A DNA stretch of 64,000 nt from NCBI GenBank assembly GCA_016200255.1, contig JACQFA010000022.1, forward strand, positions 12,963 to 76,962, read 5' to 3'. Within the stretch, counting starts at the first letter, position 1. Each line of letters opens with the position of its first letter. This document shows, piece after piece, positions 1-10,494 of the stretch. The translations under genes and the position numbers were made by a program. The notes under the pieces were generated by a model that did no database searches, was not told where the DNA came from, and saw only the letters and a list, made by a program, of their open reading frames with translations. Origin of the DNA: Nitrospirota bacterium (lineage in GTDB: Bacteria; Nitrospirota; Nitrospiria; JACQBZ01).

Positions 1-1427
1 ACAATCGCCGCCAGACCAGCCGACCCGATCGCGTATCCCTTCGTCACGGCCTTGGTCGTGTTTCCAACGGCATCCAACGGATCGGTGACCGCTCGGACAC
101 TTTTATCCAGACCGGCCATCTCGGCGATTCCCCCCGCGTTGTCCGTGATCGGACCGTAGGCGTCCAGCGCCACAACCATTCCGGCCATCGACAGCATCGA
201 GACGGCCGCAACGGCCACGCCGTAAAGGCCGGCGAGATGGAACGCGGCCAGGACACCCGCGCCGATCACCAGCACCGGCAGGGCCGTTGCCTTCATGCTC
301 ACGGCCAGGCCGGCGATGATGTTCGTTCCATGTCCGGTGGTGGAGGCCTTCGCAATACTCCTGACCGGCCCGAAAGAGGTTGAGGTGTAGTATTCCGTAA
401 TCATAACGAGGAGCGCCGTGACCGCCAGGCCGATCAGCACCGTGCCGTAGATGCGGTTCGGATCAACCATTGCCAGGCCCTGCAGAATCCATTTCGTAGC
501 GGGATAGAGCGCGAGGGCCGCGAGAAAGCCGGAAACCGCCAGACCCTTATACAGCGCGCCCATGATATACCCTTTGGCGCCGATGCGGGCGAAAAAAGTC
601 CCGATGATCGAGGTGATGATCGAGATCCCGCCGACCACCAGCGGGTAGACGAGGACTTGGGGTGCATCGCTGAAGACCAGGAGGCCCAGAAGCATGGTCG
701 AAATGATGGTGACGGCGTACGTCTCGAAGAGATCGGCCGCCATTCCGGCGCAGTCACCGACGTTGTCGCCGACGTTGTCCGCGATCACGGCCGGGTTGCG
801 CGGATCATCCTCCGGAATCCCGGCCTCCACTTTTCCGACCAGATCCGCCCCGACGTCGGCCGCCTTGGTGAAAATTCCGCCCCCCAGACGGGCGAAGATG
901 CTGATCAGGCTCCCTCCAAACCCCAGACCGACCAGCGGCGTAATATTCACCTTCCCGCCGCTCGGTGTCAGTGCGACCAAAATACCATAATATCCTGCGA
1001 CCGAAAGAAGCCCAAGACCGACCACAAGAAGGCCGGTGACGGACCCACCCCGGAAGGCCACGTTAAACGCCGCGGACAGTCCCCGCTTCGCTGCTTCGGC
1101 CGTCCGTACGTTGGCCTTCACCGAGATGTTCATCCCGATATAACCGGCTGCGGCCGAGGAGACGGCCCCGATCAGGAACCCGATGGCCGTCTTTGTTCCC
1201 AGCGTTCCCCATAAAATGATTAAAAGCACCAGGCCCACCCCCGCAATCGTGGTGTACTGGCGATTCAAAAATGCCTTGGCCCCCTCTTCAATAGCCTTCG
1301 CAATTTCCTGCATCCGCTCCGAACCGGACGGAAGAGCCAGAACCCATCGGGCCGACACGGCACCGTAAATCACCGCAGCCGCCCCGCAAGCCACGGCAAA
1401 AAAGATCGAACCGTTTAAAAGATCCAT
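1..1427 (-). CDS. hppA: Proton-translocating membrane pyrophosphatase (H+-PPase), N-terminal ~475 aa; the gene continues beyond the window start
   Basis: Manual minus-strand translation from ATG (plus 1425-1427, GGAGG RBS): [30 protein letters not shown]...[27 protein letters not shown]..., multi-TM, with the diagnostic GDNVGD pair. There is no in-window stop, so it is absent from the ORF track. Confidence 0.85.
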   Translation of the reverse strand, partial: MDLLNGSIFFAVACGAAAVIYGAVSARWVLALPSGSERMQEIAKAIEEGAKAFLNRQYTTIAGVGLVLLIILWGTLGTKTAIGFLIGAVSSAAAGYIGMNISVKANVRTAEAAKRGLSAAFNVAFRGGSVTGLLVVGLGLLSVAGYYGILVALTPSGGKVNITPLVGLGFGGSLISIFARLGGGIFTKAADVGADLVGKVEAGIPEDDPRNPAVIADNVGDNVGDCAGMAADLFETYAVTIISTMLLGLLVFSDAPQVLVYPLVVGGISIITSIIGTFFARIGAKGYIMGALYKGLAVSGFLAALALYPATKWILQGLAMVDPNRIYGTVLIGLAVTALLVMITEYYTSTSFGPVRSIAKASTTGHGTNIIAGLAVSMKATALPVLVIGAGVLAAFHLAGLYGVAVAAVSMLSMAGMVVALDAYGPITDNAGGIAEMAGLDKSVRAVTDPLDAVGNTTKAVTKGYAIGSAGLAAI

Positions 1428-1499
1428 TCCTGATGCCTCCTTCTCCGATCATAACTTTTCAAGTGGAAGCGGGTCGCACCACCCCCACAAAACTTTTTC

Positions 1500-2069
1500 T
1501 CATGGATGAAACCGGTTCATCGTCGTCTCCGGCCCCTCATTGATAAAACAGTCCAGTGCCGTGACGGATCGTTTGATCATTTCCTGAACGATGGGTCGCT
1601 CATCAGGAAGAAAAACCGACAGGACATACTCGTCCGCGGCCTGATGCGCCGGCGGACGGCCAACCCCTACCCGGAGTCGGTAGAAATGGTCAGTCTGGAG
1701 TGATGCGATAATGGATTGGACCCCGCGATGACCGCCATGCCCCCCTTTGGACTTGAGCCGAAGACGCCCGAGGTCAAGATCCAGTTCATCGTGAACCACA
1801 AGCAGGTCGGATGGCTCGGAGCCGGTTTCTCGAAGCAACTCAAGGACGGCAGACCCGCTTCGGTTCATATAGGTCCGCGGCTTGGACAGAATCAGCCGTT
1901 CGTCATTCTGGTCCCGAACCGCGCCGAACGCGGTGACCATCCGCGGAGAGGATTTTCGGAAGGGAACAGCCAGGGACTTCGCGTAAGCGTCCATGACCAT
2001 AAAACCGACGTTGTGACGGCTGCGCGCGTAATCGGCCCCGGGGTTCCCGAGCCCCACAAGAATCTTCAA
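1500..2069 (-). CDS. pth: Peptidyl-tRNA hydrolase
   Basis: 189 aa, MKILVGLGNPG...HNVGF... start typical of Pth. Conserved pth-ctc-prs arrangement. Confidence 0.9.
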   Translation of the reverse strand: MKILVGLGNPGADYARSRHNVGFMVMDAYAKSLAVPFRKSSPRMVTAFGAVRDQNDERLILSKPRTYMNRSGSAVLELLRETGSEPSDLLVVHDELDLDLGRLRLKSKGGHGGHRGVQSIIASLQTDHFYRLRVGVGRPPAHQAADEYVLSVFLPDERPIVQEMIKRSVTALDCFINEGPETTMNRFHP

Positions 2070-2071
2070 TA

Positions 2072-2866
2072 TTACCCTTTCGCTCCGGGCTCCTTCTTCG
2101 CTTCCTTTTTCTCTTCCTTGCCTCCGGGTTTCGGGGCCTTCACCTCGCCTTTGGCTTCCGCTTTTTCACCCGGTTTTGCACCGGCCACGGCTTCCGGCAC
2201 CGCTCCCGCTTCTCCCTCTTCCTCTTTCTTCTTCCCGATCAGTTCAGGTTCCTTTGTCTCGGCCGGCGTCCCGGCCAGGATCTCTTCCAGCTTGGCCTCC
2301 GACATCGGGGCCGCAATCGACACGATCCCCAGATCCTTGTCTTCCAAAACCCGGATCCCCTCCTGAACCTGAAGATCCCTTACATGGATCGATTCTCCGA
2401 TCTTCAGATGCGCCGCGTCCACATCCAAATGGTCCGGAATCATGGACGGAAGACACTCGATCTCGACTTCACGGAGGTTGTGCTGAAGCACACCTCCCTC
2501 TTTGACCCCCTCCGGCAGGTCTCCTTTGACCGTAATGGGAACCCTAATCCGGATCGCCTTGTTCATGTTGATCTCGAACAGATCCGCATGAAGGAGGCCG
2601 CCGGTGATGGGGTCCTTTTGATAATCGCGAAGGATGGCCGTCCGTGTTTCGACCGACTTTTCCCCTTTAATCTTCAGATTGATCAGTGCGTTCTCCCCCG
2701 ACTCCGACTTGAAAATTTTGATCAGCTCCGCGGGATGTATGCTCAACAGACTCGACTTCCCTTCACCGTACAACACGGCCGGAATCCGGCCGGCCCGTCG
2801 AAGAGTACGGGCCACTCCCTTTCCGCTTTTCTGACGCTGCTCCGCTTCTAAATCCATACGCTGCAT
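2072..2866 (-). CDS. rplY: 50S ribosomal protein L25 / general stress protein Ctc, with a Lys/Glu/Ala-rich C-terminal tail
   Basis: 264 aa; N-terminal L25 fold (KSGKGVARTLRRAGRIPAVLYG); AAGGAG RBS 6 nt upstream of the ATG. Confidence 0.9.
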   Translation of the reverse strand: MQRMDLEAEQRQKSGKGVARTLRRAGRIPAVLYGEGKSSLLSIHPAELIKIFKSESGENALINLKIKGEKSVETRTAILRDYQKDPITGGLLHADLFEINMNKAIRIRVPITVKGDLPEGVKEGGVLQHNLREVEIECLPSMIPDHLDVDAAHLKIGESIHVRDLQVQEGIRVLEDKDLGIVSIAAPMSEAKLEEILAGTPAETKEPELIGKKKEEEGEAGAVPEAVAGAKPGEKAEAKGEVKAPKPGGKEEKKEAKKEPGAKG

Positions 2867-2897
2867 GACGGACTCCTTTAATGATTGGATGGGACGG

Positions 2898-3839
2898 TTA
2901 CACGAACAATGAACTTACCGATTCTTCATTATGAATCCGACGAATCGCCTCCCCCAACAGCGGGGCGACGGACAGAACCTTGATTTTTTTGCAGATCTGA
3001 TCTTTACCGGCCATGGGGATGGTGTTGGTAACGATCACCTGGTCGATGACCGAGTCGTTGAGACGCTGCAAGGCCGGTCCGGACAGAACGGCATGCGTAC
3101 AGCCGGCCAAAACTCGACGGGCTCCCTTATCTGCGCAGGCCTGGGCGCCCTGCGCGATCGTTCCGGCGGTATCGATCATGTCGTCTAAAAGAAGGACGTC
3201 GCGGTTGTCCACCTCTCCGATGATGTTCATGATCTTGGCCTGGTTCGGTCCCTCACGGCGCTTGTCGATGATCGCCAGATTCGCGTTGAGCCGCTTCGCA
3301 AAGGCCCGAGCCCGTTCCACCCCGCCAGCGTCCGGCGACACCACGACCAGATCCTTCAAGTCCATGGAGTGCAGATAGCTCAGAATTACCGGCGTCGCAT
3401 ACAGATGGTCTACCGGGATATTAAAAAAGCCTTGAATCTGTCCGGCGTGCAGATCCATGGTCAAGACCTTATCGGCCCCGGCCGTGGTGATCAGGTCCGC
3501 AACCAACTTCGCCGTCACCGGAACTCGGGGCTGATCCTTGCGGTCCTGCCGGGCATACCCGAAATAGGGTATGACAGCCGTGATCCGACGGGCGGAAGAC
3601 CGCTTGAGCGCGTCGATCATTATGAGCAATTCCATGATATTTTTGTTGACGGGGTCCGAGCAGGACTGAACCACAAACACATCCATCCCGCGCACGTTCT
3701 CCTCAATCCGGACCAGGATCTCCCCATCACTGAAGGCCGAAACGGTCGTGGCGCCCGGGACAACCCCAAGGTGATCGCAGATCTCCTTGGCCATTGGAAT
3801 ATTGGAATTCCCCGAAATCAGTTTAAGCTCGTTTAACAC
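2898..3839 (-). CDS. prs: Ribose-phosphate pyrophosphokinase (PRPP synthetase)
   Basis: 313 aa; DLHAGQIQGFF, VVVSPDAGGVERAR motifs. The start codon is GTG per the sequence. Confidence 0.95.
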   Translation of the reverse strand: MLNELKLISGNSNIPMAKEICDHLGVVPGATTVSAFSDGEILVRIEENVRGMDVFVVQSCSDPVNKNIMELLIMIDALKRSSARRITAVIPYFGYARQDRKDQPRVPVTAKLVADLITTAGADKVLTMDLHAGQIQGFFNIPVDHLYATPVILSYLHSMDLKDLVVVSPDAGGVERARAFAKRLNANLAIIDKRREGPNQAKIMNIIGEVDNRDVLLLDDMIDTAGTIAQGAQACADKGARRVLAGCTHAVLSGPALQRLNDSVIDQVIVTNTIPMAGKDQICKKIKVLSVAPLLGEAIRRIHNEESVSSLFV

Positions 3840-3859
3840 TCAACTCCCCTCAATCACTT

Positions 3860-3933
3860 TGGTTCGGAGGTAGGGACTCGAACCCCAATTCGCAGCTCCA
3901 AAGGCTGCTGTCCTACCGTTGGACGACCTCCGA
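3860..3933 (-). tRNA. tRNA-Gln (anticodon UUG), CCA encoded
   Basis: The reverse complement folds as a cloverleaf: acceptor TCGGAGG/CCTCCGA, D-stem GTCC/GGAC, anticodon stem GCAGC/GCTGC with loop CTTTGGA (anticodon TTG), T-arm TGGGG-TTCGAGT-CCCTA. tRNA-Gln next to prs is a common arrangement. G at position 37 is atypical, so the identity is not certain. Confidence 0.7.
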
Positions 3934-3952
3934 ATATCCCGATTGATCGTTT

Positions 3953-4912
3953 TTACCAGGGCGATCGGTTCAGCAGCCGCGCCACCCAGATGATCCATGG
4001 TCCGCTTCGATTCATCCCCCCGGCCTTGCCCCCCCTCCGCAGAACCGTCGCTGCGGAATAGGCCGAGGAACCATCCGGAAACAGCCCGAAAACGGTCGGG
4101 CCGCTGCCGGACATCAAAACTCCCTTTGCTCCCAAGGAACAGAGTCGCTCCTTGATGGACTCAATGACCGGATATCGTCTGATCGTGATCACTTCCAAGT
4201 CATTGTGGAGGGAGAATGATCGTTTCGTCACCGGGAAGGTCTTGCTTTTACGGGAGGGAATTTTATTCCGATTCCGATCCAAAGTCAACCTTATTTTTTT
4301 GAGGAATGTTCTCCGGGGTGCCGGCACTCCGGACCGAACGCGACCCAATTCGGAGTAGACCCAGGCGGTCGAAACCTCGAAACCGGGATTCACCAACACT
4401 GCCCAGAGATTCTCCCCCGAACGAATCGGGGCGACCTCGTTGCCGATGCCTGACACCCAGGCGGTCGGCCCACCGAAAAAAAACGGCAGGTCGCTGCCAA
4501 GGGTCCGGCCCAGCGCCGCGAGTTCCGTCCGGGGCGGTGTTATTTTGAACAGACGGCCAAGACCATAAAGCGTGGCCGCGGCATCGCTGCTCCCCCCGCC
4601 CAGCCCGGCGCCGATCGGAATCTTCTTGTCCAATTCGATTCTCAAACCGGTCTCGATCCCATAACGCTTCATAAAGGCCCGGGCCGCGCGCACGATCAGA
4701 TTGTCCTCCCCGAGCGGAAGAGTCCGATTCCTTGTCACGATCCGGATCCCGTCGCGAACCGGCCTCCGAATCAGGGTCAGCCGGTCATGAAGATTGACCA
4801 TCTGCATCAGTGAGAGAATGCCGTGGTACCCGGTTGACTGACGCTCCAGAACATACAACAGCAGATTGATCTTGGCGGGGGCCCGGACGGTTACGGTCTG
4901 TCGTGGATGCAT
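3953..4912 (-). CDS. ispE: 4-diphosphocytidyl-2-C-methyl-D-erythritol kinase
   Basis: GHMP-kinase motifs (PIGAGLGGGSSDAAA). Start moved to the internal ATG at 4912 (MHPRQTVTVRAPAKINL) because the track's longer start at 5011 overlaps pilR. Confidence 0.85.
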   Translation of the reverse strand: MHPRQTVTVRAPAKINLLLYVLERQSTGYHGILSLMQMVNLHDRLTLIRRPVRDGIRIVTRNRTLPLGEDNLIVRAARAFMKRYGIETGLRIELDKKIPIGAGLGGGSSDAAATLYGLGRLFKITPPRTELAALGRTLGSDLPFFFGGPTAWVSGIGNEVAPIRSGENLWAVLVNPGFEVSTAWVYSELGRVRSGVPAPRRTFLKKIRLTLDRNRNKIPSRKSKTFPVTKRSFSLHNDLEVITIRRYPVIESIKERLCSLGAKGVLMSGSGPTVFGLFPDGSSAYSAATVLRRGGKAGGMNRSGPWIIWVARLLNRSPW

Positions 4913-4973
4913 GCGCGGGTATCGGCCCCATTGAATATCGTGAAAAGTTTTACGATGATCGGTTGAACGGAAC

Positions 4974-6413
4974 TCAAGGCGTGTCCGGTCCGTCATCTTG
5001 TTCGGAATCATCGTCCGGGGGAGCGCCGGGCTCGCGATGTTTGCGGATGCCGTGTTTTTCCAGACGGTATCGGAACGATCGCATGTTCAACCGGAGGAGC
5101 CGGGCGGCATCCCGCTTGACCCAGTTGGTCCGCTCGAGAGCCTTGAGGAGAAAAGTTTTTTCCAGATCGCCGATCACCCGGTCTAGGTCCAGGCCTTCCG
5201 AGGGAATGGACGCGGGCACCGACTCTTTCAACGCCGCCGGTTTCTGGAGGCATTCCATCACGTCTTTCAATTCAATGGTATCGCCGGTCGTCAAGGCCAC
5301 GACGCGCTCGATCATGTTCTCAAGCTCACGCACATTGCCGCGCCATGGATGAGACTGTAAAATTTTCATGGCATCGGGCGTTACCGTCCGGATTTTTTTG
5401 TTCAAACCCTGATTCAAGATCGTCAGAAAATGCCGCACGAGGGGCGGAATATCTTCCACCCGTTCCCGGAGCGGCGGCAGATGGATCGGAATCACGTCCA
5501 GACGGTAATAAAGATCCTCGCGAAATGTCCCCTCCGCGACCGCCTTTTCAAGGTCTTTATTGGTCGCCGCAATGATCCGGACGTCCACGCGGATATTTTG
5601 CGTCCCGCCGATTCTCCGGAACTCCTTCTCTTCCAGAACCCGCAACAGCTTGGCTTGGATACCCGGCGGAGTGTCGCCAATCTCGTCCAGAAAGATCGTC
5701 CCCTCATGGGCCACTTCAAAAAGACCCGGCTTGTTCACGTGCGCCCCGGTGAACGATCCTTTCATATGACCGAATAATTCGCTTTCAAGAAGCGGCTCGG
5801 GAAGCGCGCTGCAGTTGACGGTGACAAAGGGCTTGTCCTTCCGCTGGCTGTCGGAATGGATGGCTTGGGCGATGAGCTCCTTTCCGGTCCCGCTCTCGCC
5901 CAAGATCAGGACATTGCTCTGGGTGTCCGCGACCTTCTTCACCACCTGCATCACATTCTGCATGGGTCCGCTTCGCCCGATGATGTCCTCAATCGCCGCG
6001 GCCCCCTTGACCTTCTTTTTCAGAAGTTGATTCTCGGTCCGGAGCCGTTTCTTTTCCAACGCGTTTCGGATGATCATCTTGACTTCGTCGATCTGAAACG
6101 GCTTGCTCAGATAATCGTACGCCCCTTCCTTCATGGCTTCAATCGCCGTCTCGGTTGAAGCGAAGGCCGTGATCATCAGAACAAGGGTGTCGGGGGACGC
6201 CTCCTTCACCGTCTTCAGAACCTGAAGCCCGCTGATCCTGGGCATCTTCACATCGGTCAAGACCAGATCAAACATCTCTTTCCGGATCAGCCGCCCCGCC
6301 GTCTCTCCATCCTCGGCGGCCGTCACGGAATAGCCCTCTTTCTTGAGCATGATGCTCAGGAAATCCCGCATGCTCTTCTCATCGTCAACGACTAAAATCT
6401 TCTCCACGGTCAA
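4974..6413 (-). CDS. pilR: Sigma-54-dependent response regulator (REC + AAA+ with GSFTGA + Fis-type HTH); PilR-like by synteny
   Basis: 479 aa; D-box receiver, GESGTGKE Walker A, GSFTGA sigma-54 contact motif, C-terminal HTH. Lies downstream of the pilS-like kinase with a 4-nt overlap. Confidence 0.8.
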   Translation of the reverse strand: MTVEKILVVDDEKSMRDFLSIMLKKEGYSVTAAEDGETAGRLIRKEMFDLVLTDVKMPRISGLQVLKTVKEASPDTLVLMITAFASTETAIEAMKEGAYDYLSKPFQIDEVKMIIRNALEKKRLRTENQLLKKKVKGAAAIEDIIGRSGPMQNVMQVVKKVADTQSNVLILGESGTGKELIAQAIHSDSQRKDKPFVTVNCSALPEPLLESELFGHMKGSFTGAHVNKPGLFEVAHEGTIFLDEIGDTPPGIQAKLLRVLEEKEFRRIGGTQNIRVDVRIIAATNKDLEKAVAEGTFREDLYYRLDVIPIHLPPLRERVEDIPPLVRHFLTILNQGLNKKIRTVTPDAMKILQSHPWRGNVRELENMIERVVALTTGDTIELKDVMECLQKPAALKESVPASIPSEGLDLDRVIGDLEKTFLLKALERTNWVKRDAARLLRLNMRSFRYRLEKHGIRKHREPGAPPDDDSEQDDGPDTP

Positions 6414-8119
6414 TGGCTCCTTTGGTCTCCCAAACCGCCTGCGGTTGCGTCTTCACCCGCCGCCAACAAAAGGGTTAATCGGGTTCCCTGACCCGGCCGG
6501 CTTTCCACATGCACGCGGCCCCGATGCGTTTCGATCACCCGATGTACAATCGACAGGCCGAGCCCCGAACCCCGATCCCTGGTCGTGAAAAACGGGTAGA
6601 AAATTTTAGGAATGTTTTCCTTCTGGATTCCAAGTCCATTGTCTGAAAACGTCACTTCAATCCAGGGTGTTCCAGGACGATTTTTATTGGAGTCCACTGT
6701 CACGGGTCGGGTCGCAATAAGGAGACGCCCTCCCTGAGGCATCGCCTGACAGGCATTGATGGACAGGTTCCAGAAAACCTGCCGGATCTGATCGGAGTCC
6801 ACCGCCGCCCACAATTTCCCCGGCGCCAGATGCGACTGGATCTCGATATTGTCCCGATACTCCTTGCTGTTCCGAAGAAGGCTCAACGTATCAATCACCA
6901 GTTGGTTGATGTCCCACCGTTTTTTATTCAACGGGGCCGGTCGGGCATACATTAGGAAGGCCGTGATGATGCCGTTCAAGCGTTCGGTTTCCTTTAAAGC
7001 GATCTCCATGAGTCGGCGGGACTCCTCTTCTTCGAGGCGAACGTCTTTGCTCAGCACTTGCAGCGATCCGCTCAACGCTCCAAGGGGGTTTCGGATTTCA
7101 TGGGCCATTCCGGCCGCCATCTCGCCGATCGTCGCCAATCTTTTTTTGTGCTCAATCTCAATCTCCATCTCCCGGATACGGGTCAGATCCTGAAAGATCC
7201 AGACGCCGCCGATCTGCCGGCCTTCTTCATTCTTAAGTGGAGAAACGGTCATTCCCAACACCAACGGAACGCCGTTTTTCCGATGACAATCCCGGTCAAA
7301 ACGAAACGGCTCGGTCAGCGGTTTTTCATCACTGATCAGCCGCTCCAAATCGGCCGCATCAAACGTGTTCCACCAGGGTTTGCCTTTGACGTCCTCAAAC
7401 CGGCACCCCATGATCTCTTCGGCGGCACGGTTGAAGGACGTAATCTCCCCGTTCTGGCCGGTCGTCATCAGACCGGTGCTCATGCTCTGCACGACATGCT
7501 CGTGAAATGCCTTCAGTTCGGCCAGTCCGGTCGCCTTCTCTTTCAATCGCTCACGTGTAACGCTCAGTTTATCGGCCAACCCCCCGCTCAGATAAGCCAC
7601 GGTCAGATACGCGACAATGTTCAGAAAAAGCAGATAGAGGGTTTCTGTATTCGAGTAGGTGCTTACCTCCATGCCGGGGAGAAGCCGGAAGTACTGGAGA
7701 TCGACAAGAACTCCGAAAAAGATGCCGGACATGGATGCGGTCAGGCTTCCGCCCTTTCGCCCCAGGATCACGCTGGCCGCTATCGAGGTAATCATATAGA
7801 ACGGCGAGAAGGGGCTTTCAATGCCACCCGTGAGATAGACCAAAACCGTCTCAAACACAAGATCGATAAAGATCTGACTATAGGCAAAAAGCCTGACTTG
7901 CTTCGGACGATTCAGGAGAAGACTATAGACAATCGTGAGACAATAGGTCGAGGCGATCAGATACGAAAAGGAGACGGTCGTCCTACCGATATGTCCGTAA
8001 CCGACCTGTAAGACGATCGAGGCGCCCAGCAAGCCCGTAACAATCACCACGCGCAGGGCCATCAGCCACTTGAGTTTGGCCCGCATTTCTTCTTGCTGGA
8101 TTTGTTGAAGCTCCATCAC
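6410..8119 (-). CDS. pilS: Membrane sensor histidine kinase (multi-TM N-terminus, PAS, HisKA, HATPase_c); PilS-like
   Basis: 569 aa; H-box MAHEIRNPL; N, G1, G2 boxes; about six N-terminal TM helices as in PilS. Confidence 0.75.
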   Translation of the reverse strand: MMELQQIQQEEMRAKLKWLMALRVVIVTGLLGASIVLQVGYGHIGRTTVSFSYLIASTYCLTIVYSLLLNRPKQVRLFAYSQIFIDLVFETVLVYLTGGIESPFSPFYMITSIAASVILGRKGGSLTASMSGIFFGVLVDLQYFRLLPGMEVSTYSNTETLYLLFLNIVAYLTVAYLSGGLADKLSVTRERLKEKATGLAELKAFHEHVVQSMSTGLMTTGQNGEITSFNRAAEEIMGCRFEDVKGKPWWNTFDAADLERLISDEKPLTEPFRFDRDCHRKNGVPLVLGMTVSPLKNEEGRQIGGVWIFQDLTRIREMEIEIEHKKRLATIGEMAAGMAHEIRNPLGALSGSLQVLSKDVRLEEEESRRLMEIALKETERLNGIITAFLMYARPAPLNKKRWDINQLVIDTLSLLRNSKEYRDNIEIQSHLAPGKLWAAVDSDQIRQVFWNLSINACQAMPQGGRLLIATRPVTVDSNKNRPGTPWIEVTFSDNGLGIQKENIPKIFYPFFTTRDRGSGLGLSIVHRVIETHRGRVHVESRPGQGTRLTLLLAAGEDATAGGLGDQRSH

Positions 8120-8127
8120 TCAATGCA

Positions 8128-9333
8128 CTATCCTACGGTTCCGGCCATTTTGAAGATCGGCAGATACATGGCCACCACGATGAATCCGATCACCACGCCC
8201 AGGAATACCATCAGCATCGGTTCCAGAAGGGCCGTCAGGGCCCCGACGGCCGCATCGACTTCTTCCTCGTAGAAGTCGGCGATCTTTCCCAGCATCGCGT
8301 CCAGCGCGCCGGTCGTCTCTCCCACCGCGATCATCTGGACCACCATGGGGGGAAACACCTTTGTTTTCGCGAGCGGCTCGGCGACCGTTTTCCCTTCGCT
8401 GATACTCTGCCGTGCGACAAGGATCGCCTCTTCAATGATCTTGTTGCCCGATGTTTTAGCCGTGATGCTCAGGCCTTCCAGGATGGGAACACCGCTGCTG
8501 ATCAACGTGCCGAGGGTCCGGGTGAACTTGGCTACGGCCGCCTTTCGGATCAGATCACCGATGACAGGCAGCATCAGGGCGAAACGATCAAGGAGCTTTT
8601 GACCCGCCGGCGTCTTGTAGGCCCGTTTGATCCCCATATAGGATATAACGGCCCCCACAAACAAAGGAATGGCATACTGTTTCGAAATGTTGCTGGCCGC
8701 AATCACGATCTGCGTCGGACCGGGGAGCTCACCGCCGAAATCGGAGAACATCTTGGCAAAGACCGGAATCACAAAGACCATCAAGATCCCGACGATGATA
8801 ATGGCCACACCCAAAATCGTGACCGGGTAGACCATCGCCGACTTGATCTGTTTTTTTAACTTCGCCGCTTTCTCGATGTGCTTGGCCAGACGGTTGAGGA
8901 TGGTATCCAGAATACCGCCCGCCTCGCCCGCCGCCACCATGTTCACGTACAGTTCGTCAAACGCCTTGGGATGTTTCCTCAGCGCATCAGCGTAGGTGGA
9001 ACCCGACTCGACCTCCTGCCGCACCTCACCCACGGTCTTGGCCAGGAACTTGTTTTCCGTCTGCGCCGAAAGGATTTCAAGGCATTGGACCAGCGGCAAG
9101 CCAGCGTCGATCATCGTAGCAAACTGCCGGGTAAACACCACGATGTCCTTGTCCGTAACTCCTTCACCGAAGCTGAGGTTGAGTTTAAAACCCCCGCCCT
9201 TTTGCTGGACCGAGGTGACAAGAATATTCTGTTTTCGAAGGATCCCGATCACTTCGTCCCGGCTCTTCGCCGCGATCTCACCCTTCTGAAGGGCTCCCTG
9301 CCTCGTCTTTCCTGTCCAGGTAAACGTCGCCAT
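8128..9333 (-). CDS. pilC: Type IV pilus assembly inner-membrane platform protein (GspF/PilC family)
   Basis: 401 aa; two T2SSF repeats and three TM segments. Confidence 0.9.
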   Translation of the reverse strand: MATFTWTGKTRQGALQKGEIAAKSRDEVIGILRKQNILVTSVQQKGGGFKLNLSFGEGVTDKDIVVFTRQFATMIDAGLPLVQCLEILSAQTENKFLAKTVGEVRQEVESGSTYADALRKHPKAFDELYVNMVAAGEAGGILDTILNRLAKHIEKAAKLKKQIKSAMVYPVTILGVAIIIVGILMVFVIPVFAKMFSDFGGELPGPTQIVIAASNISKQYAIPLFVGAVISYMGIKRAYKTPAGQKLLDRFALMLPVIGDLIRKAAVAKFTRTLGTLISSGVPILEGLSITAKTSGNKIIEEAILVARQSISEGKTVAEPLAKTKVFPPMVVQMIAVGETTGALDAMLGKIADFYEEEVDAAVGALTALLEPMLMVFLGVVIGFIVVAMYLPIFKMAGTVG

Positions 9334-9351
9334 TAATCGCAGGTTCTCCGG

Positions 9352-10458
9352 TTACCGTGCCGCCCGTTGTTCCTTGCCGGGCTGGGGCGCCATTCCACCC
9401 CGGCCCAACATGTTCATCAATTCTTCCACATTACTGCTGCGGTTGATAGCATCGTCATAGGTGATCAGACGCCTTGAATAAAGGTCGAACAGCGACTGGT
9501 TCATGGTTTGCATGCCATACTTGGTTTGACCGGTTTGCATCGTGGAATAGATCTGATGGACCTTGTCTTCCCGGATCAGGTTGCGGATGGCCGGATTGGG
9601 AACCATAATTTCCAACGCCAGCACCCGGCCCTGCCCGCTCGCCTTGGACATAAGCTGTTGGGACATGACGCCTTCCAGTACGAATGATAACTGGGCCCGC
9701 ACCTGGGACTGCTGGAAAGGTGGGAAAACATCGATGATCCGGTTGATCGTCTGGGCGCAGGAGTTGGTATGGAGCGTTGCCATTGTGAGATGGCCGGTCT
9801 CGGCGATCGTCAAGGCGGCCTCGATCGTCTCCAGATCCCTCAACTCGCCGATCAGCACCACATCGGGATCCTGCCGGAGTATGTATTTGAGGGCGGTTTT
9901 GAACGATTTGGTGTCCGAATTCACCTCCCGTTGGTTGACCAGGCATTTTTTGTGGGGGTGAAGGAACTCGATCGGATCCTCGATCGTCACGATGTGTTCA
10001 TGCCGCTCGCTGTTGATCGTATCGATCATCGTGGCCAATGTGGTCGATTTTCCGCTCCCTGTGGGACCCGTCACCAAGACCAAGCCGCGGGGTTTCTTCA
10101 CCAGATCACGCACCACCGCCGGCAGTCCCAGTTCCTCAAAGGTCATGATCTTAAATGGAATCGTACGAAGCGCCGCGGCCACGGCCCCGCGCTGCATAAA
10201 AACGTTGGCGCGAAACCGGCTTAGCCCTTTTAAACCGAAAGAGAAATCCAGTTCGTTCTCCTCTTCGAATTTGTGTTTCTGCGCATCGGTCAGAACACTG
10301 TAGACCAGTTGTTTGGTCTCGGCGGGCGTCAAGGGCGGGAGATTAAGCGGCGCCAAATCTCCATCCACCCGAATCTGCGGCGGGGTTCCGGTCGTGAGGT
10401 GGAGGTCGGAAGCCCCCTTCTCGATCATCGTTTGAAGCAACTGATACAGGTTGGCCAT
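9352..10458 (-). CDS. pilT: Twitching-motility retraction ATPase
   Basis: 368 aa; Walker A GPTGSGKST, Asp box and His box typical of PilT. Confidence 0.9.
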   Translation of the reverse strand: MANLYQLLQTMIEKGASDLHLTTGTPPQIRVDGDLAPLNLPPLTPAETKQLVYSVLTDAQKHKFEEENELDFSFGLKGLSRFRANVFMQRGAVAAALRTIPFKIMTFEELGLPAVVRDLVKKPRGLVLVTGPTGSGKSTTLATMIDTINSERHEHIVTIEDPIEFLHPHKKCLVNQREVNSDTKSFKTALKYILRQDPDVVLIGELRDLETIEAALTIAETGHLTMATLHTNSCAQTINRIIDVFPPFQQSQVRAQLSFVLEGVMSQQLMSKASGQGRVLALEIMVPNPAIRNLIREDKVHQIYSTMQTGQTKYGMQTMNQSLFDLYSRRLITYDDAINRSSNVEELMNMLGRGGMAPQPGKEQRAAR

Positions 10459-10494
10459 TCGTCGCCTTTCATAACGGCGGACCCATGCGGAATA

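Noticed and set aside
657-1214. Plus-strand ORFs (185 aa, 98 aa, 61 aa) and other short ORFs across 44-1368
   Set aside because: They lie antisense to or out of frame with the clearly real hppA gene on the minus strand. Their Arg/Pro/Gly-rich composition is typical of spurious ORFs in high-GC DNA.
3860-3933. Alternative identity for the tRNA next to prs
   Set aside because: G at position 37 is atypical for tRNA-Gln and made me consider other readings. But the 5-bp anticodon stem fixes the loop as CUUUGGA with anticodon UUG, so Gln was retained with reduced confidence.
4913-5011. Longer ispE start (352-aa ORF) overlapping pilR by 38 nt
   Set aside because: The N-extension has no IspE similarity. 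The internal ATG at 4912 gives a typical IspE N-terminus (TVTVRAPAKINL) with no overlap.
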